Assembly: GCA_963765765.1 (NCBI GenBank) | Contig: CAVXYC010000020.1 | Location: 384,001-448,000 of the forward strand | DNA length: 64,000 nt | Source of the DNA: an uncultured Chloroflexia bacterium | GTDB taxonomy: Bacteria; Chloroflexota; UBA6077; JACCZL01 | Direction: 5' to 3' | Shown here: positions 10,025 to 19,894 of the stretch, in pieces | Position numbering within the stretch: position 1 is the first letter of the stretch | Layout: every line of letters starts with the position of its first letter | Notes under the pieces: generated by a model | Database searches by the model: none | What the model saw: the letters and a program-made list of their open reading frames with translations, nothing else | What the model was told of the DNA's origin: nothing | Program-made: the position numbers and the translations under genes

Positions 10025-11256
10025 CAGGGTCTTTTCGTTGTTCGATTGTGACGATGGGGCCACGAGGAAGGAGTGTCGACCGGCGAGGCTGGGGATCTCC
10101 CCTCGAGCGAGGTGGGGAATTCTCCGGGAGGGGACGCATGGACGCGGTCATTCCATCGTTACTCGAAGCCTTGGCCCCGGTGCCGGATCCACGCCATCGC
10201 CGCGGCTGCCGGTACTCCGTGGCGGCGATCCTGATGTTCGCCGTGTGCGCCATGGTGTCGGGGGCCCGCAGCTTGTATGCGATCGCCCAGTGGGGGCGGG
10301 ATCAGGGCTCGGCCCAGATCCGCGGGGCGTTCGGCATCACCCGGGCCACTACCCCGAGCGTGGCGACGGTGTTTCGGGTCTTTCGCGATCTCGACCGCGA
10401 CGCCTTCGAACGGGTTCTGGCCGAGTGGCCCGCGTCCAGGGGGCCGTTTCCACGGGGGCGGTGGCGCTGGACGGCAAGCACCTCCGCGGAATCCACGGCG
10501 AACAGATTCCGGGCGTGCATCTGGTGGCCGCCTTCGCGCATCGGGATGGGCAGGTGCTGGGCCAAAAAGGGGGACGCTGAAGGAGCACGAGCTGCGCCTG
10601 GCGGAGGCGCTGCTGGCCGATCTCGACCTCCACGGCGTCACGGTCACCGGTGACGCCCAATTTTGCGAGCGTGCCCTAAGTCATCAGGTGGTCGCGGCGG
10701 GCGGCGCGTATTTCTGGGCGGTCAAAGACAACCAGCACCGGCTCCTGGAAGCGTTGGTGGCGCTGTTTACCCTGGAGCCCCCACCCGGTGACGTTCGCTC
10801 GGCGGCGCAGCGCGGCCGGGACGGCGATCGGCAGGAAGAGCGCACGCTGCGGACATCGACGCTCCTGAACGACTACCTCGATTGGCCGCATGTGGCCCAG
10901 GTCTGCACCATTCGACGGGTTGTCACGCGGCACGGGCGGACCACCCGGAAGCCGGGTATGCCCTCACGAGCCTCCACCCGGATCAGGCCGACGCCACCAG
11001 CCTGGCCGCCCTTTGGCGGGGCCATTGGAGTATCGAGAACTGCTTGCATTGGGTGCGCGACGTCACCTTCGATGAAGATCGCAGCCAGATTCGCACGGGC
11101 CATGCGCCCCAGGTTGTGGCCGCCCTGCGCAATACCGCCATCGGGATCCTGCGCCGCGCCGCCATACCAACATCGCGGCGGCACTGCGCACCTATGCCGC
11201 AAGGCCGCTCGCCATCTTGGCGCTCACCGGGGTCACGTGACAATGAAAAGACCCTG
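10025..11256 (+). mobile_element. ISAs1-family insertion sequence, 1232 bp
   Basis: Terminal inverted repeats CAGGGTCTTTTC(G/A)TTGT; 10-bp target duplication CTTTAGGTCC at 10015-10024 and 11257-11266. Confidence 0.95.
10138..11240 (+). pseudogene. ISAs1 DDE transposase, about four frameshifts
   Basis: VPDPR..RG.RY, ALDGK.LRG, VTGDA, VKDNQ and RGHWSIEN.LHWVRDVTFDED motifs in successive frames. Confidence 0.88.
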
Positions 11257-11436
11257 CTTTAGGTCCGCCGTGTATTGCCACAGTCCAGCAGGATTGCTAC
11301 AAATTACACGATCCTGCAGGGCTACCACTGAATCTGTTCCTGGCCTTTATCCGATTGGCTACCCTACTGATGGAAGCAAGGCAATGAGCAGCGCGATCGG
11401 AACGGTCCACACCGGCCGCGCCAAGGCCGTCGTCAC

Positions 11437-12306
11437 CTAGACCTCGAAGCAGTCCGGCCCGGCCGTCACCTGACCATCGAACCGCTGGCCATGCCAGTCG
11501 GCGAAACAGTTGGACACGACCCGCCGGGGCTGGGGCGCGTTGACGCCCCACTCGTACTCGTCCACGTAATCGTCGTCGGTGTCGTGGTCGCTGTCGACCT
11601 TCACGGTGGTGCAGAATTGGCCGGATATCGTGACGAGATAGCGGCTCTCGATGCGGGCAGAGTCGAAATCGTGGCCCCAGGTCTCGATCTCCGCACCCAT
11701 CGACCAGTAGAGCGCATAGCGCTTCTTCCACGCCTTGAACCGCAAGTGATCACCACTGTGGAAGAAGTCCCGCTGAGACGGGTTGGTCGACGCCAGCGCC
11801 ATGACTTCGCCGGTGCATTCGACCAGCGCAAAGTCGCCCTGCCCGAGCGCGGCCTGCGCGGCCTGCAGGTCGCGAATCGCGCCGGAGAGCACTCCGAGAT
11901 CCATCCGGCCGATCCCGCCGGGCCGCCGGGCGGCGGACTCCAGCTCTGCCGCCGCCAAGTCAACTCGCCGGCCGCCGAGGACCAGCCCCCCGGCGGGGTC
12001 GGTGATCAGGTCGAGGACCGGGTCGCCGAAAGTGAACGCGGGGTCCCCGTCGGAGCTGCGGCGATCGTACTTGCCGAAGCGCACCGCGGTGCCTTGCAGT
12101 CCGCCGCCCGCCACCTCCAGTGACAGGAGCCGCGCGAGGTACTCGACGAGCTCCTCCGGGTCGCGGAACTCCCAGCGGGCCGGGGTTAAGAAGCCGCCCC
12201 GTTCGGGGAAGCGGAACTCAAGCCGCGCCTGATCGCGCTTGACGAGTTCGCAGTTGGACGGTGCAGTGAGGTCAATCGGCCTAGCCCTTCCGGCGCGGTT
12301 TGGCAT
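11437..12306 (-). CDS. Hypothetical protein, 289 aa
   Basis: Long ORF with natural composition; AAGGAG RBS before ATG 12306; no family recognised. Confidence 0.8.
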   Translation of the reverse strand: MPNRAGRARPIDLTAPSNCELVKRDQARLEFRFPERGGFLTPARWEFRDPEELVEYLARLLSLEVAGGGLQGTAVRFGKYDRRSSDGDPAFTFGDPVLDLITDPAGGLVLGGRRVDLAAAELESAARRPGGIGRMDLGVLSGAIRDLQAAQAALGQGDFALVECTGEVMALASTNPSQRDFFHSGDHLRFKAWKKRYALYWSMGAEIETWGHDFDSARIESRYLVTISGQFCTTVKVDSDHDTDDDYVDEYEWGVNAPQPRRVVSNCFADWHGQRFDGQVTAGPDCFEV

Positions 12307-12673
12307 GGTGAAACTCCTTTTTCTCCGGCCAACGCTCTCAGTCGGTGCATCGAAGGTCGTCAATCGCGTCGTGAAGCCGCGGAGGAAAGCGCGGCGCAGT
12401 TTACGCTAGCTCTCGCGCCGTGATGGTCAATCCCCCAATCTGACTACGACGCTGTCGAGATTCTGAAACGCCTGAGCCTACGACGATGGCGAATGTCTGC
12501 GTCCGAGCAGGGGAAACTGGTCCGACTTGCCCATCGAGAAGGCCGCCTAAGGGGCCCGTGTGGGCGGTGAATGGTTCGCTGGTCAGGGGCCGGAGCTAAT
12601 TCAGCCGATCAGCTCGGCGTGATCGCAGAATCTCCGCTGGTCCTGGTCGTCGATGCTTATACTCTTCGTCGAA

Positions 12674-12859
12674 ATGACAAACGCCCAAACTACGCAAGCG
12701 CTTGCCTGCTTTCACTGTGACGCCGCCATCAGCACCCGGGGCAGGACGGCTGTCATGCTCGAGGCGATCGCCAGCGGAGTGGCGCTCAAGCAGCGCCAGG
12801 ACCGGGGCGCCTGGGCCGACCCGTGGGTCTGTTCGATGCACCGAACCAAACGCACGTGA
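12674..12859 (+). CDS. Small hypothetical protein with CxxC...CxxH
   Basis: CFHC and CSMH pairs in 61 aa; no clear RBS. Confidence 0.4.
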   Translation: MTNAQTTQALACFHCDAAISTRGRTAVMLEAIASGVALKQRQDRGAWADPWVCSMHRTKRT

Positions 12860-13135
12860 CGGTGAAACACACACTCCCCAATCCGTAATGATCTCGATGG
12901 ATTAACCCCATACCGTTGTCGTTGGTATAGGGGCTTCCCCGGAGCCTCGGCGTGCGGGTGTGCGGACGGTGTGGAACTGACCGTCCCCGCTCTAGCTTCG
13001 CCGTTCGGCGCCCGCCTACAGCATGCATGGACGCATGCACGCCGAATGCGCGAAAGACCGCACGCCCCGACGAGCATGAATGCATACAGACGCGCCTGTC
13101 ATCACTTCAACACGATCCAATCAGGAGAGAAAAGG

Positions 13136-13436
13136 ATGAAATCACGCGATCACGATGCGCTGGAGACCAAGCTCCGTGAGTTGGTGAGTAACGCGAACCA
13201 GGACAGGGACGAACTGCTGCTGACGCTTCCGGGTGGCGCTTCACACCGTTGAGCGGAGCCCGTCGGAAGAGGCGGTCAGGGCGCTGCGATTGGCCGCGGC
13301 TCCCATCTTGGACAAACTCCGAGCGGAGTATCGGGCTGCCGACACACGGACGGCGATGGCCTCGCGATGTTCCGCTGGCTGCGTGCCAAGCTGGCGAACC
13401 GCGACTCGGCGGCAGCACGCGACTCGGGTAATGTGA
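13136..13436 (+). pseudogene. Small helical hypothetical protein, frameshifted near 13230
   Basis: AGGAGA RBS; MKSRDHDALETKLRELV...LLTL continues as VALHTVERSPSEEAVRALRLAAAPILDKLRAEY in another frame. Confidence 0.45.
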
Positions 13437-13793
13437 CGGGAAGGCATGAACCATAATGCACAGCTCGCTGAATTCGGCGATGTTCAGCTCGGCCGAGTTG
13501 GGTGCTCCGGCAGCGAACCTCAGGACATCTCCCGGGCTCTGCGCCGGCATATCGCTCTTTCTCTGCCGATCACCTGACGGATGAAGAGCTCGGCGTCCGG
13601 TACGATCTAAGAGGTGTCGTCTGACCGAGCTGGTTGGCTCGACTCTGCTCGATCGAGCTGGTCTCGCAACCTGAGGTCGTGTTTGAGGCTCACGAGTTCG
13701 ACGCGATCTCCATAGTGGGAGGGCCGTACTTCCTCATGGAGCCATCGAGGTGCATCTTACCCCTGTCCTACCGAACGGTAGCGTCGACGACCC

Positions 13794-15296
13794 GTGATGA
13801 ACTCCGCCCGTATTGCCATCGGTCCGTTGTTAATTGCCGTAGGCGTACTGATAGTTCATCTCGCTACCAGCCATCAGTACGGGTTTCATCGCGATGAACT
13901 GGGATTTCTGGAAGATTCCCGATTTCTCGATTGGGGCTACGTCTCGTATCCGCCGGTGACACCACTCCTGGCTCGCGTAGCCAGCGAGCTGTTTGGCGCC
14001 TCCCCCGCGGGCATGCGGATGCTTCCTGCGATTGCACAATCAGTGGCGGTTCTGCTGTCCGGATTGATCGCGCGAGAGCTTGGGGGCGACCGATGGGCTC
14101 AAACGGTCGCGGCCGCCGCGGTGGCCATTGCTCCTTTCGCTGTTCTCACGGGCGGCCTATTCCTGTACGTCTCGTTTGAGTACGTCATCTGGGTGGCGAT
14201 CGGCTACTGCGTCGTCAGACTTCTGAAGTCGAGCGATCCGCGGTGGTGGGTGCCGATTGGTGCTCTCGTGGGACTCGGACTGATGACCAAGTACACCGTC
14301 GCCGTGTGCGCGATCGGGCTAGGAGTCGGTCTCCTATTGACCCAGGCGCGAGGCATCATTCGATCACCGTGGTTGATCGCTGGAATCTTGATCGCTGTGG
14401 TGACGATCACCCCCAACCTGATCTGGCAGGTGCAGCACACCTTCGTCTCGCTTGAGTTCTTACAAAGCATTCGCGAGCGCGACGTGCGGATTGGTCGAAC
14501 GCAGGGATTCCTGCCCGAGCAGCTCTACGTTGGCGCGAGCGTGGTGACGCTCCCTCTCTGGCTCGGAGGACTCTGGTTCTACTTGCGGTCTGCCTCCGGG
14601 GCTCCATTCCGCACATTGGGGTGGATGTATCTCGTCTCGTTTACCGTGTTCCTGGTCTCTCAGGGGCGCTCCTACTATCTTGCACCCGCGTATCCCACGT
14701 TGCTTGCGGCTGGAGCTGTAGCTCTGGAAGGACTGATCGCTCATCGATCGCGTCAGTTCCGACGAATCACCACTACTGGGGTCGGTTTCACCCTGGTAAT
14801 CGGGGGGCTGGTCAGTGCCGGGCTGATGCTGCCGATTGCGCCCATCAACTCTCCGCTTTGGGAGATTTCGTCAAAGGTTCACGATAACTTCACCGAGCAA
14901 ATTGGCTGGGATGAGCTGGTGGAGACGGTGGCGGCCGTCTATCACGCGATTCCTGAAAATGACCGCGCGGGAACCGCGGTTCTCGCGGCGAACTACGGCG
15001 AGGTGGGTGCTCTCAATCTGTACGGTGCCACGCATGGATTGCCGAGCCCGTTGAGTGGCGTCAATACATCCTAGTATCGAGGTCGCAGTAGTCCAGAGCC
15101 GACGCAGTTCATCGTCCTCGGCTATCGCCGGGACGCGGCGATGACGTTCTTCGAACACTGCGAGCCTGCGGCGATGCTCTCCTTTCGCTCGGGACTGAAG
15201 AACGAAGAGAGCCGTGACCATCCGGACATTTTCCGATGTGACGGGTTGCTTCGGCCCTGGCCGGAGACATGGATGGCACTCCGACACTTCGGCTGA
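13794..15296 (+). pseudogene. GT-C (GT39/PMT-like) membrane glycosyltransferase with in-frame TAG at 15072-15074
   Basis: YGFHRDEL, WGYV.YPP and GLGLMTKYT motifs; frame stays open for 73 more codons (..NEE...DIFRC..PWPETW..LRHFG) after the TAG. Confidence 0.85.
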
Positions 15297-15350
15297 TCAC
15301 CAGTCTGCGGATCGCCGAAATCCGTTCGAGTGGATTGGGTGCCCGACTCT

Positions 15351-15470
15351 GACCCCGTGATACCCTGACGTTCAGCATGTATGGACGCTACTCACTGGGT
15401 GATCCCTGCGACCCCCGTGATACGCTGATGTGCAGGATGTGCGGTCGCTCTATCCTCGGCGATCCCAGCA
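15351..15470. repeat. Two diverged 60-bp tandem repeats
   Basis: ccccgtgatac.ctga.gt.cag.atgt..gg.cgct.....ct.gg.gatccc.gc shared by 15351-15410 and 15411-15470. Confidence 0.8.
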
Positions 15471-15520
15471 GACTGAAAGGATCAAAACGCCTTCAACGCG
15501 GCGATTGAGAGGGATCGAAA

Positions 15521-16024
15521 ATGTCCACGTCTGCTCTCGCGCAAGTCATCGAGGAGTATCACCGAGCGCTGGATGCCTTTGTAAAGGGAGACCCGGAGCC
15601 CGACAAGCGGCTGTATTCGCGGCGTGACGACGTCAGTCTCGCCAACCCTCTGGGCCCGCCTGTCCGTGGGTGGAGCCAGGTGGAAGCAACCATAGACCGC
15701 GCGGCTGCCCCGCTCCGTGAAGGCGAGGTCCGCGGCTTCGAACGGATCTCAGAGTACGTCACGGAAGACGTGGCCTATATCGTCGAGATCGAGCGATACC
15801 GTATGAAGATCGGCGGCGCCGACGCTGTCACCTCCGTGTCTCTTCGCGTGACGACGATATTCCGACAGGAGGATGGTGAGTGGCGTATCGTACATCGTCA
15901 CGCCGACCCCATCACCGGTCCGAGACCAGCGGAGTCTGTCTCAGAGCTGGTGCAGTCCCAACGACCCCAACCAGTCTCGCAGCCCGCCGAGAACGACCCG
16001 ACAACTGGACCAGTGTCGCCTTAG
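15521..16024 (+). CDS. SnoaL/NTF2-like family protein
   Basis: LANPLGPPVRGW and LRVTTIFRQEDGEWRIVHRHADP motifs. Confidence 0.88.
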   Translation: MSTSALAQVIEEYHRALDAFVKGDPEPDKRLYSRRDDVSLANPLGPPVRGWSQVEATIDRAAAPLREGEVRGFERISEYVTEDVAYIVEIERYRMKIGGADAVTSVSLRVTTIFRQEDGEWRIVHRHADPITGPRPAESVSELVQSQRPQPVSQPAENDPTTGPVSP

Positions 16025-16284
16025 CAACGGAACGAAGCCGTTATTGCTGAGTCGGCTCGGCTGCACTCGGGAATGAACTACGGCGCACCGCCTGACCGCC
16101 CCAGCGTGGGACTGGCTTTGTGAACTTAAATCGACCCAGGATGAGCCCCTGGCCGCTGTCTGAAAGCTCCGACAGCGGTTGGATCCATGGCGGTCGAAAT
16201 AGACGGAGCTGTGCCCGGATTTCGTTTCGCGCCAAAACGACCAAGGTGTGGCTCCACCATACGATCTAGATAAGCCGAGCTGGC

Positions 16285-16578
16285 TCAGGCCTTGCGAACG
16301 AGGCCATCTTCCACGGTGCGCACCTCAATCTTGGCGATATGCGGGCTAGTCTGGCCCGAATAGGCGGCCCGCTCGGGCGACGCTTCGTAGACGTTGAGGG
16401 TCTCTTCCGTCTCGAACTGGCGCACCCATATGAACTCGTTCTGCGGCCGGTTGACCCAGGCCGACAGGACGGAGACCCTGTAACTCGCGCTGGTCGGTAC
16501 GATCTTCTCGTTGAAAATATCGATCCAGGAATCCATCATCCCGCGGTTGATCGTGTAAATGCGAACTTGTGTAATCAT
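16285..16578 (-). CDS. NIPSNAP family protein (single domain)
   Basis: QVRIYTINRG.MDSW and NEFIWVRQF motifs; GGGAG RBS. Confidence 0.8.
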   Translation of the reverse strand: MITQVRIYTINRGMMDSWIDIFNEKIVPTSASYRVSVLSAWVNRPQNEFIWVRQFETEETLNVYEASPERAAYSGQTSPHIAKIEVRTVEDGLVRKA

Positions 16579-16636
16579 GGCGCCAAGACTACTCCCAGGC
16601 AATGAGAAGCGTCAATGTGTGACCGCTTTCAAGATG

Positions 16637-16677
16637 TGGCGGAGGAGGGATTTGAACCCCCGACCAAGGGTTATGAG
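16637..16677 (-). pseudogene. tRNA(CAT) (Met/Ile2-type) 3' half starting at the anticodon loop (fragment C)
   Basis: Minus strand CTCATAA CCCTT GGTC GGGGG TTCAAAT CCCTC CTCCGCC A; no 5' half. Confidence 0.8.
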
Positions 16678-17068
16678 TCCGATGGATGTCCGTCCGTAGC
16701 TGTCCGTACTGGGCCTGGAATTCAGGCGGCGAAGATCACTGTGTGTTGCTACAGTGCGGCGGGGTTACGACATGGGTCGCTACAAAACTGCGTTCTCGCG
16801 GGCGGGGGCGGCGCAGATACCCCTCCGCATTCTGAAGCTGGATCATCGTAGGGCTAGCCGAGCCGTGTGTTGCCTTGCTCGTCATTCCGTCGTGGGTGGC
16901 ATTTCACCACCCGGCCCGAGACCTAAGGGACACATCCTCGATCATTCGCACGCTAGTTACCCAGCCTGAAAGAGGAGTCAGCTTTCAGACGGCGCAGGCG
17001 ACGTGCAAGTTTTGTTGACGCAGGGCCGCGCTAACACGATCATCAACGTGGGCTGACCAACTGGGCCG

Positions 17069-17305
17069 TTACTTCCACAGGTGGTGGAGGACCAGCCCGA
17101 TTTCAACTACCTCACCGACCGCGGTTGCCCACCAATCACGCCGAGACAGTTGCTGTTCCCATCCCAGCCTTGGTCCTACGAGCCCGTGCACCAGCAGCCA
17201 CGGCGCGTAGAGCGCGTAGTATCCAACTAACAGCAGCCCGACTATGAAGTCGGTCCTATGCTCGTTGGCGCTGCAAAGCCCGGGCATCGGCGAGGGTTCA
17301 TTCAT
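17069..17305 (-). CDS. Small hypothetical membrane protein
   Basis: Hydrophobic segment; ATGA overlap with the upstream ORF. Confidence 0.45.
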   Translation of the reverse strand: MNEPSPMPGLCSANEHRTDFIVGLLLVGYYALYAPWLLVHGLVGPRLGWEQQLSRRDWWATAVGEVVEIGLVLHHLWK

Positions 17306-17526
17306 TCACGCGTGAACTCTGCAGGATCCCTTAGGGCGCCATCAACGATGGCAACGGTGGCGAGTGTGGAAAAGGCGACCCATCCGACTATTAGGATCGG
17401 GACGACGACGGCGCTTGCGCCGTTCCAGCGCATCCACAGGACGAGCGAGCGAATCCGGTCAGGTCGTGCTTCGAACGATCCAGGCATCTCAACTCACCCC
17501 ATAGCCAGCACCGCGAGTATTACCAT
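17302..17526 (-). pseudogene. Membrane protein remnant with in-frame TGA at 17494-17496
   Basis: MVILAVLAMG*VEMPG...AVVVPILIVGWVAFSTLATVAIV reads in one frame. Confidence 0.35.
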
Positions 17527-17574
17527 TGAATCTAGGACTGTCAAATGCGTCAATGTGGACCCGCTTTCAAGAGA

Positions 17575-17614
17575 TGGCGTAGGGGGCATTGAACTCCCGA
17601 CCAAGGGCTTAAAA
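17575..17614 (-). pseudogene. Degenerate tRNA 3' fragment (fragment D)
   Basis: Minus strand TTTTAA GCCCTT GGTC GGGAG TTCAATG CCCCC TACGCCA; related to fragment C; anticodon ambiguous. Confidence 0.6.
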
Positions 17615-17714
17615 TAGACCACGCTTCCCGACCAAGGGATTCGGTGCCTTCGGCCAGTTTCTTCGTCCGGATCGCCCGGCTCTGTCCCGCAGTCCCTTGG
17701 TCTGGACCTCGAAC

Positions 17715-17813
17715 GTCGGCGAGGACGGACTCTAGCGTCGCGAAGTCCTGCTTGACAATCGCTTCCATCTGCTTCTGATACCGGGCGATGATTGCGTCTT
17801 CGTTGCCTGGCAT
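17715..17813 (-). pseudogene. N-terminal remnant of an NTF2/SnoaL-like protein
   Basis: AGGAG RBS then MPGNEDAIIARYQKQMEAIVKQDFATLESVLAD; similarity ends abruptly. Confidence 0.45.
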
Positions 17814-17939
17814 CTCGGGCTCCTCTCACCACACGCTCGGAGCGTGGCGCCTGGTACGTCGCACTCGCGGTGCAGGAGGCACTGTAGCCGCCATAATCGG
17901 GAGCGCATCTTCAGGATGCTCTACGCGCGCGAGGGGACC

Positions 17940-19115
17940 ATGTCAGGAACGATCAACCGCGACGTCGCCTACGGCCAGACCACCATCCCCGTCGGGATTC
18001 GCTCCCGCTTCGTGGACAACAACAACGGCATCACCATGCACATCCTGGAGGCCGGCTTCGAGGAGGCCGGGCGGCCACTCGTGCTCCTGATGCACGGCTA
18101 TCCGGAGCTGGCGTATAGCTGGCGCAAGGTGATGCTGCCGCTGGCCGAGGCCGGCTACCACGTGGTGGCACCGGATCATCGCGGCTACGGACGCTCGGGC
18201 GGCACCGACGTCACCTTTGACGATAGCCTCTGGCCGTGGCGGCCCATGGAGCGCGTGCGCGATACCCTCGGGCTGGTCTACGCGCTCGGCTATCGCAGCG
18301 TGGCGATGATCGTGGGGCATGACTTCGGCGCGGGAGTCACGGGCTGGTCCACGCTGATCCGGCCGGACGTGTTTCGCTCGATGGTGCTGATGACGGCGCC
18401 GTTCGAGGGCGCGCCAGCGTTCCCGTTCAATACCGCGAACGAGCCGCCGAAGCCCTCAGCCCCGGCGGGCCCGAGCGTCCACGACGACCTGGCGGCGCTA
18501 CCCCATCCGCGCAAGCACTACCACTGGTACAACGCGCGGCGCGAGGCGAACGACGAGTGGATGGGTGCGAAGCAGGGCATCCACGATTTCCTGCGCGCCT
18601 ACTACCACGTGAAGAGCGCCGACTGGAAGGGAAACGCGCCGCACCCGCTGACGGCGTTCAGCGCAACCGAGCTCGCCAAGATGCCGCGCTACTACGTCAT
18701 GGACCTTGACAAGACGATGCCGGAGAACGTGGCGCTGGACATGCCCACGCCCGAGGAGATCGCGGCGAATCGATGGCTCACGGAGGAGGAGCTGCGCGTG
18801 TGCTCTGATGAGTACACGCGCACGGGCTTCCAGGGCGGACTCAATTCGTACCGCGTCCAAACGGACCCTACCTATTCGGCTGAGCTGCGGGTGTACTCCG
18901 ACCGCACCATCGACGTGCCCTCGTTGTTCATCAGCGGTACGAGCGACTGGGGTGTGTACCAGCGGGCCGGACGTCTGGAGGCGATGCGCGACACGATCTG
19001 CACCGATCTGCGGGGCATCCACCTGCTGGAAGGGGCCGGGCACTGGGTCCAGCAGGAACAGCCCGAGGCCGTCAACCGACTGCTACTGGAGTTCCTCCAG
19101 GGTCAGGCGGGCTGA
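17940..19115 (+). CDS. Alpha/beta hydrolase, epoxide hydrolase-like
   Basis: HGYPE.AYSWR, GHDFG and GAGHWVQQE motifs. Confidence 0.92.
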   Translation: MSGTINRDVAYGQTTIPVGIRSRFVDNNNGITMHILEAGFEEAGRPLVLLMHGYPELAYSWRKVMLPLAEAGYHVVAPDHRGYGRSGGTDVTFDDSLWPWRPMERVRDTLGLVYALGYRSVAMIVGHDFGAGVTGWSTLIRPDVFRSMVLMTAPFEGAPAFPFNTANEPPKPSAPAGPSVHDDLAALPHPRKHYHWYNARREANDEWMGAKQGIHDFLRAYYHVKSADWKGNAPHPLTAFSATELAKMPRYYVMDLDKTMPENVALDMPTPEEIAANRWLTEEELRVCSDEYTRTGFQGGLNSYRVQTDPTYSAELRVYSDRTIDVPSLFISGTSDWGVYQRAGRLEAMRDTICTDLRGIHLLEGAGHWVQQEQPEAVNRLLLEFLQGQAG

Positions 19116-19246
19116 GAGCAGGCGCTGCCGGAGAAGGGGCCGGAGCGCGGCTATCCCCCGGGGAGCGCGTCGATCCTTGCCGCTTCGTTCCGGTATCCGC
19201 ACCACCTACGAGAATTGACCCATCGAGTACCGAAGGAGCACTAGCC

Positions 19247-19894
19247 ATGTCACTTGTCCGCGTCCACAACTTCTCCATATCGCTCGACGGCTTCGGCACT
19301 GGCGAAGGTCAGAGCCACGACGCACCTTTCGGTCACGCCGGCGAACGGCTGCACGAGTGGATGTTCGCCACACGGTTCTGGAGCGAAATGGTTGGTCAGC
19401 CCGGCGGGAGCAGCGGCATCGACCACGCCTTCGCCCAGCAGCACGGTCCGGGGATCGGCGTCGAGATCATGGGCGCAGGAAAATACGGCTACCCCGGTTG
19501 GCACGAGGATCCGGAGTGGAAGGGCTGGTGGGGTCCCAACCCGCCGTTTCACACACCGGTCTTCGTCCTCACCCATCAACCGCGCCCTTCGATTGAGATG
19601 GAGGGCGGTACGACGTTCCACTTCATCGACGCTTCTCCTGCCGAGACGCTCAAGATGGCCCGCGAGGCGGCGGGCGGCCAGGACGTACGCCTCGGTGGGG
19701 GTCCGACCGTGATCCGCGACTTCCTTGCTGCTGGGCTTATCGACCACATGCATATCGTGGTGGTCCCGATCCTGCTCGGCCGAGGCGTACGCCTCTGGGA
19801 CAGACTGGAGGGCGTCGAGAAGGACTATCAGGTCGAGGCCATCTCCTCGCCCAGCGGAGTCACGCATGTGACGTTCACCCGTGCGGGCGTCTGA
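19247..19894 (+). CDS. Dihydrofolate reductase/RibD C-terminal family protein
   Basis: SISLDG, IMG, PVFVLTH, GGG and VPILLG.G motifs; AAGGAG RBS. Confidence 0.9.
   Translation: MSLVRVHNFSISLDGFGTGEGQSHDAPFGHAGERLHEWMFATRFWSEMVGQPGGSSGIDHAFAQQHGPGIGVEIMGAGKYGYPGWHEDPEWKGWWGPNPPFHTPVFVLTHQPRPSIEMEGGTTFHFIDASPAETLKMAREAAGGQDVRLGGGPTVIRDFLAAGLIDHMHIVVVPILLGRGVRLWDRLEGVEKDYQVEAISSPSGVTHVTFTRAGV

Larger units (their letters stand above)
16609..17614. repeat. Imperfect ~65-bp direct repeats at 16609-16676 and 17547-17614
   Basis: gcgtcaatgtg..ccgctttcaaga..tggcg.agg.gg..ttgaac.cccgaccaaggg.tta at both ends; each contains a tRNA 3' fragment plus a shared trailer. Confidence 0.8.

Noticed and set aside
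15351-15470. CRISPR array
   Set aside because: Only two abutting diverged units with no spacers and no cas genes; no CRISPR seen anywhere in the window.
9903-17614. Functional, split or permuted tRNA genes
   Set aside because: No matching 5' halves or D arms are visible in the window, and some T stems are mismatched.
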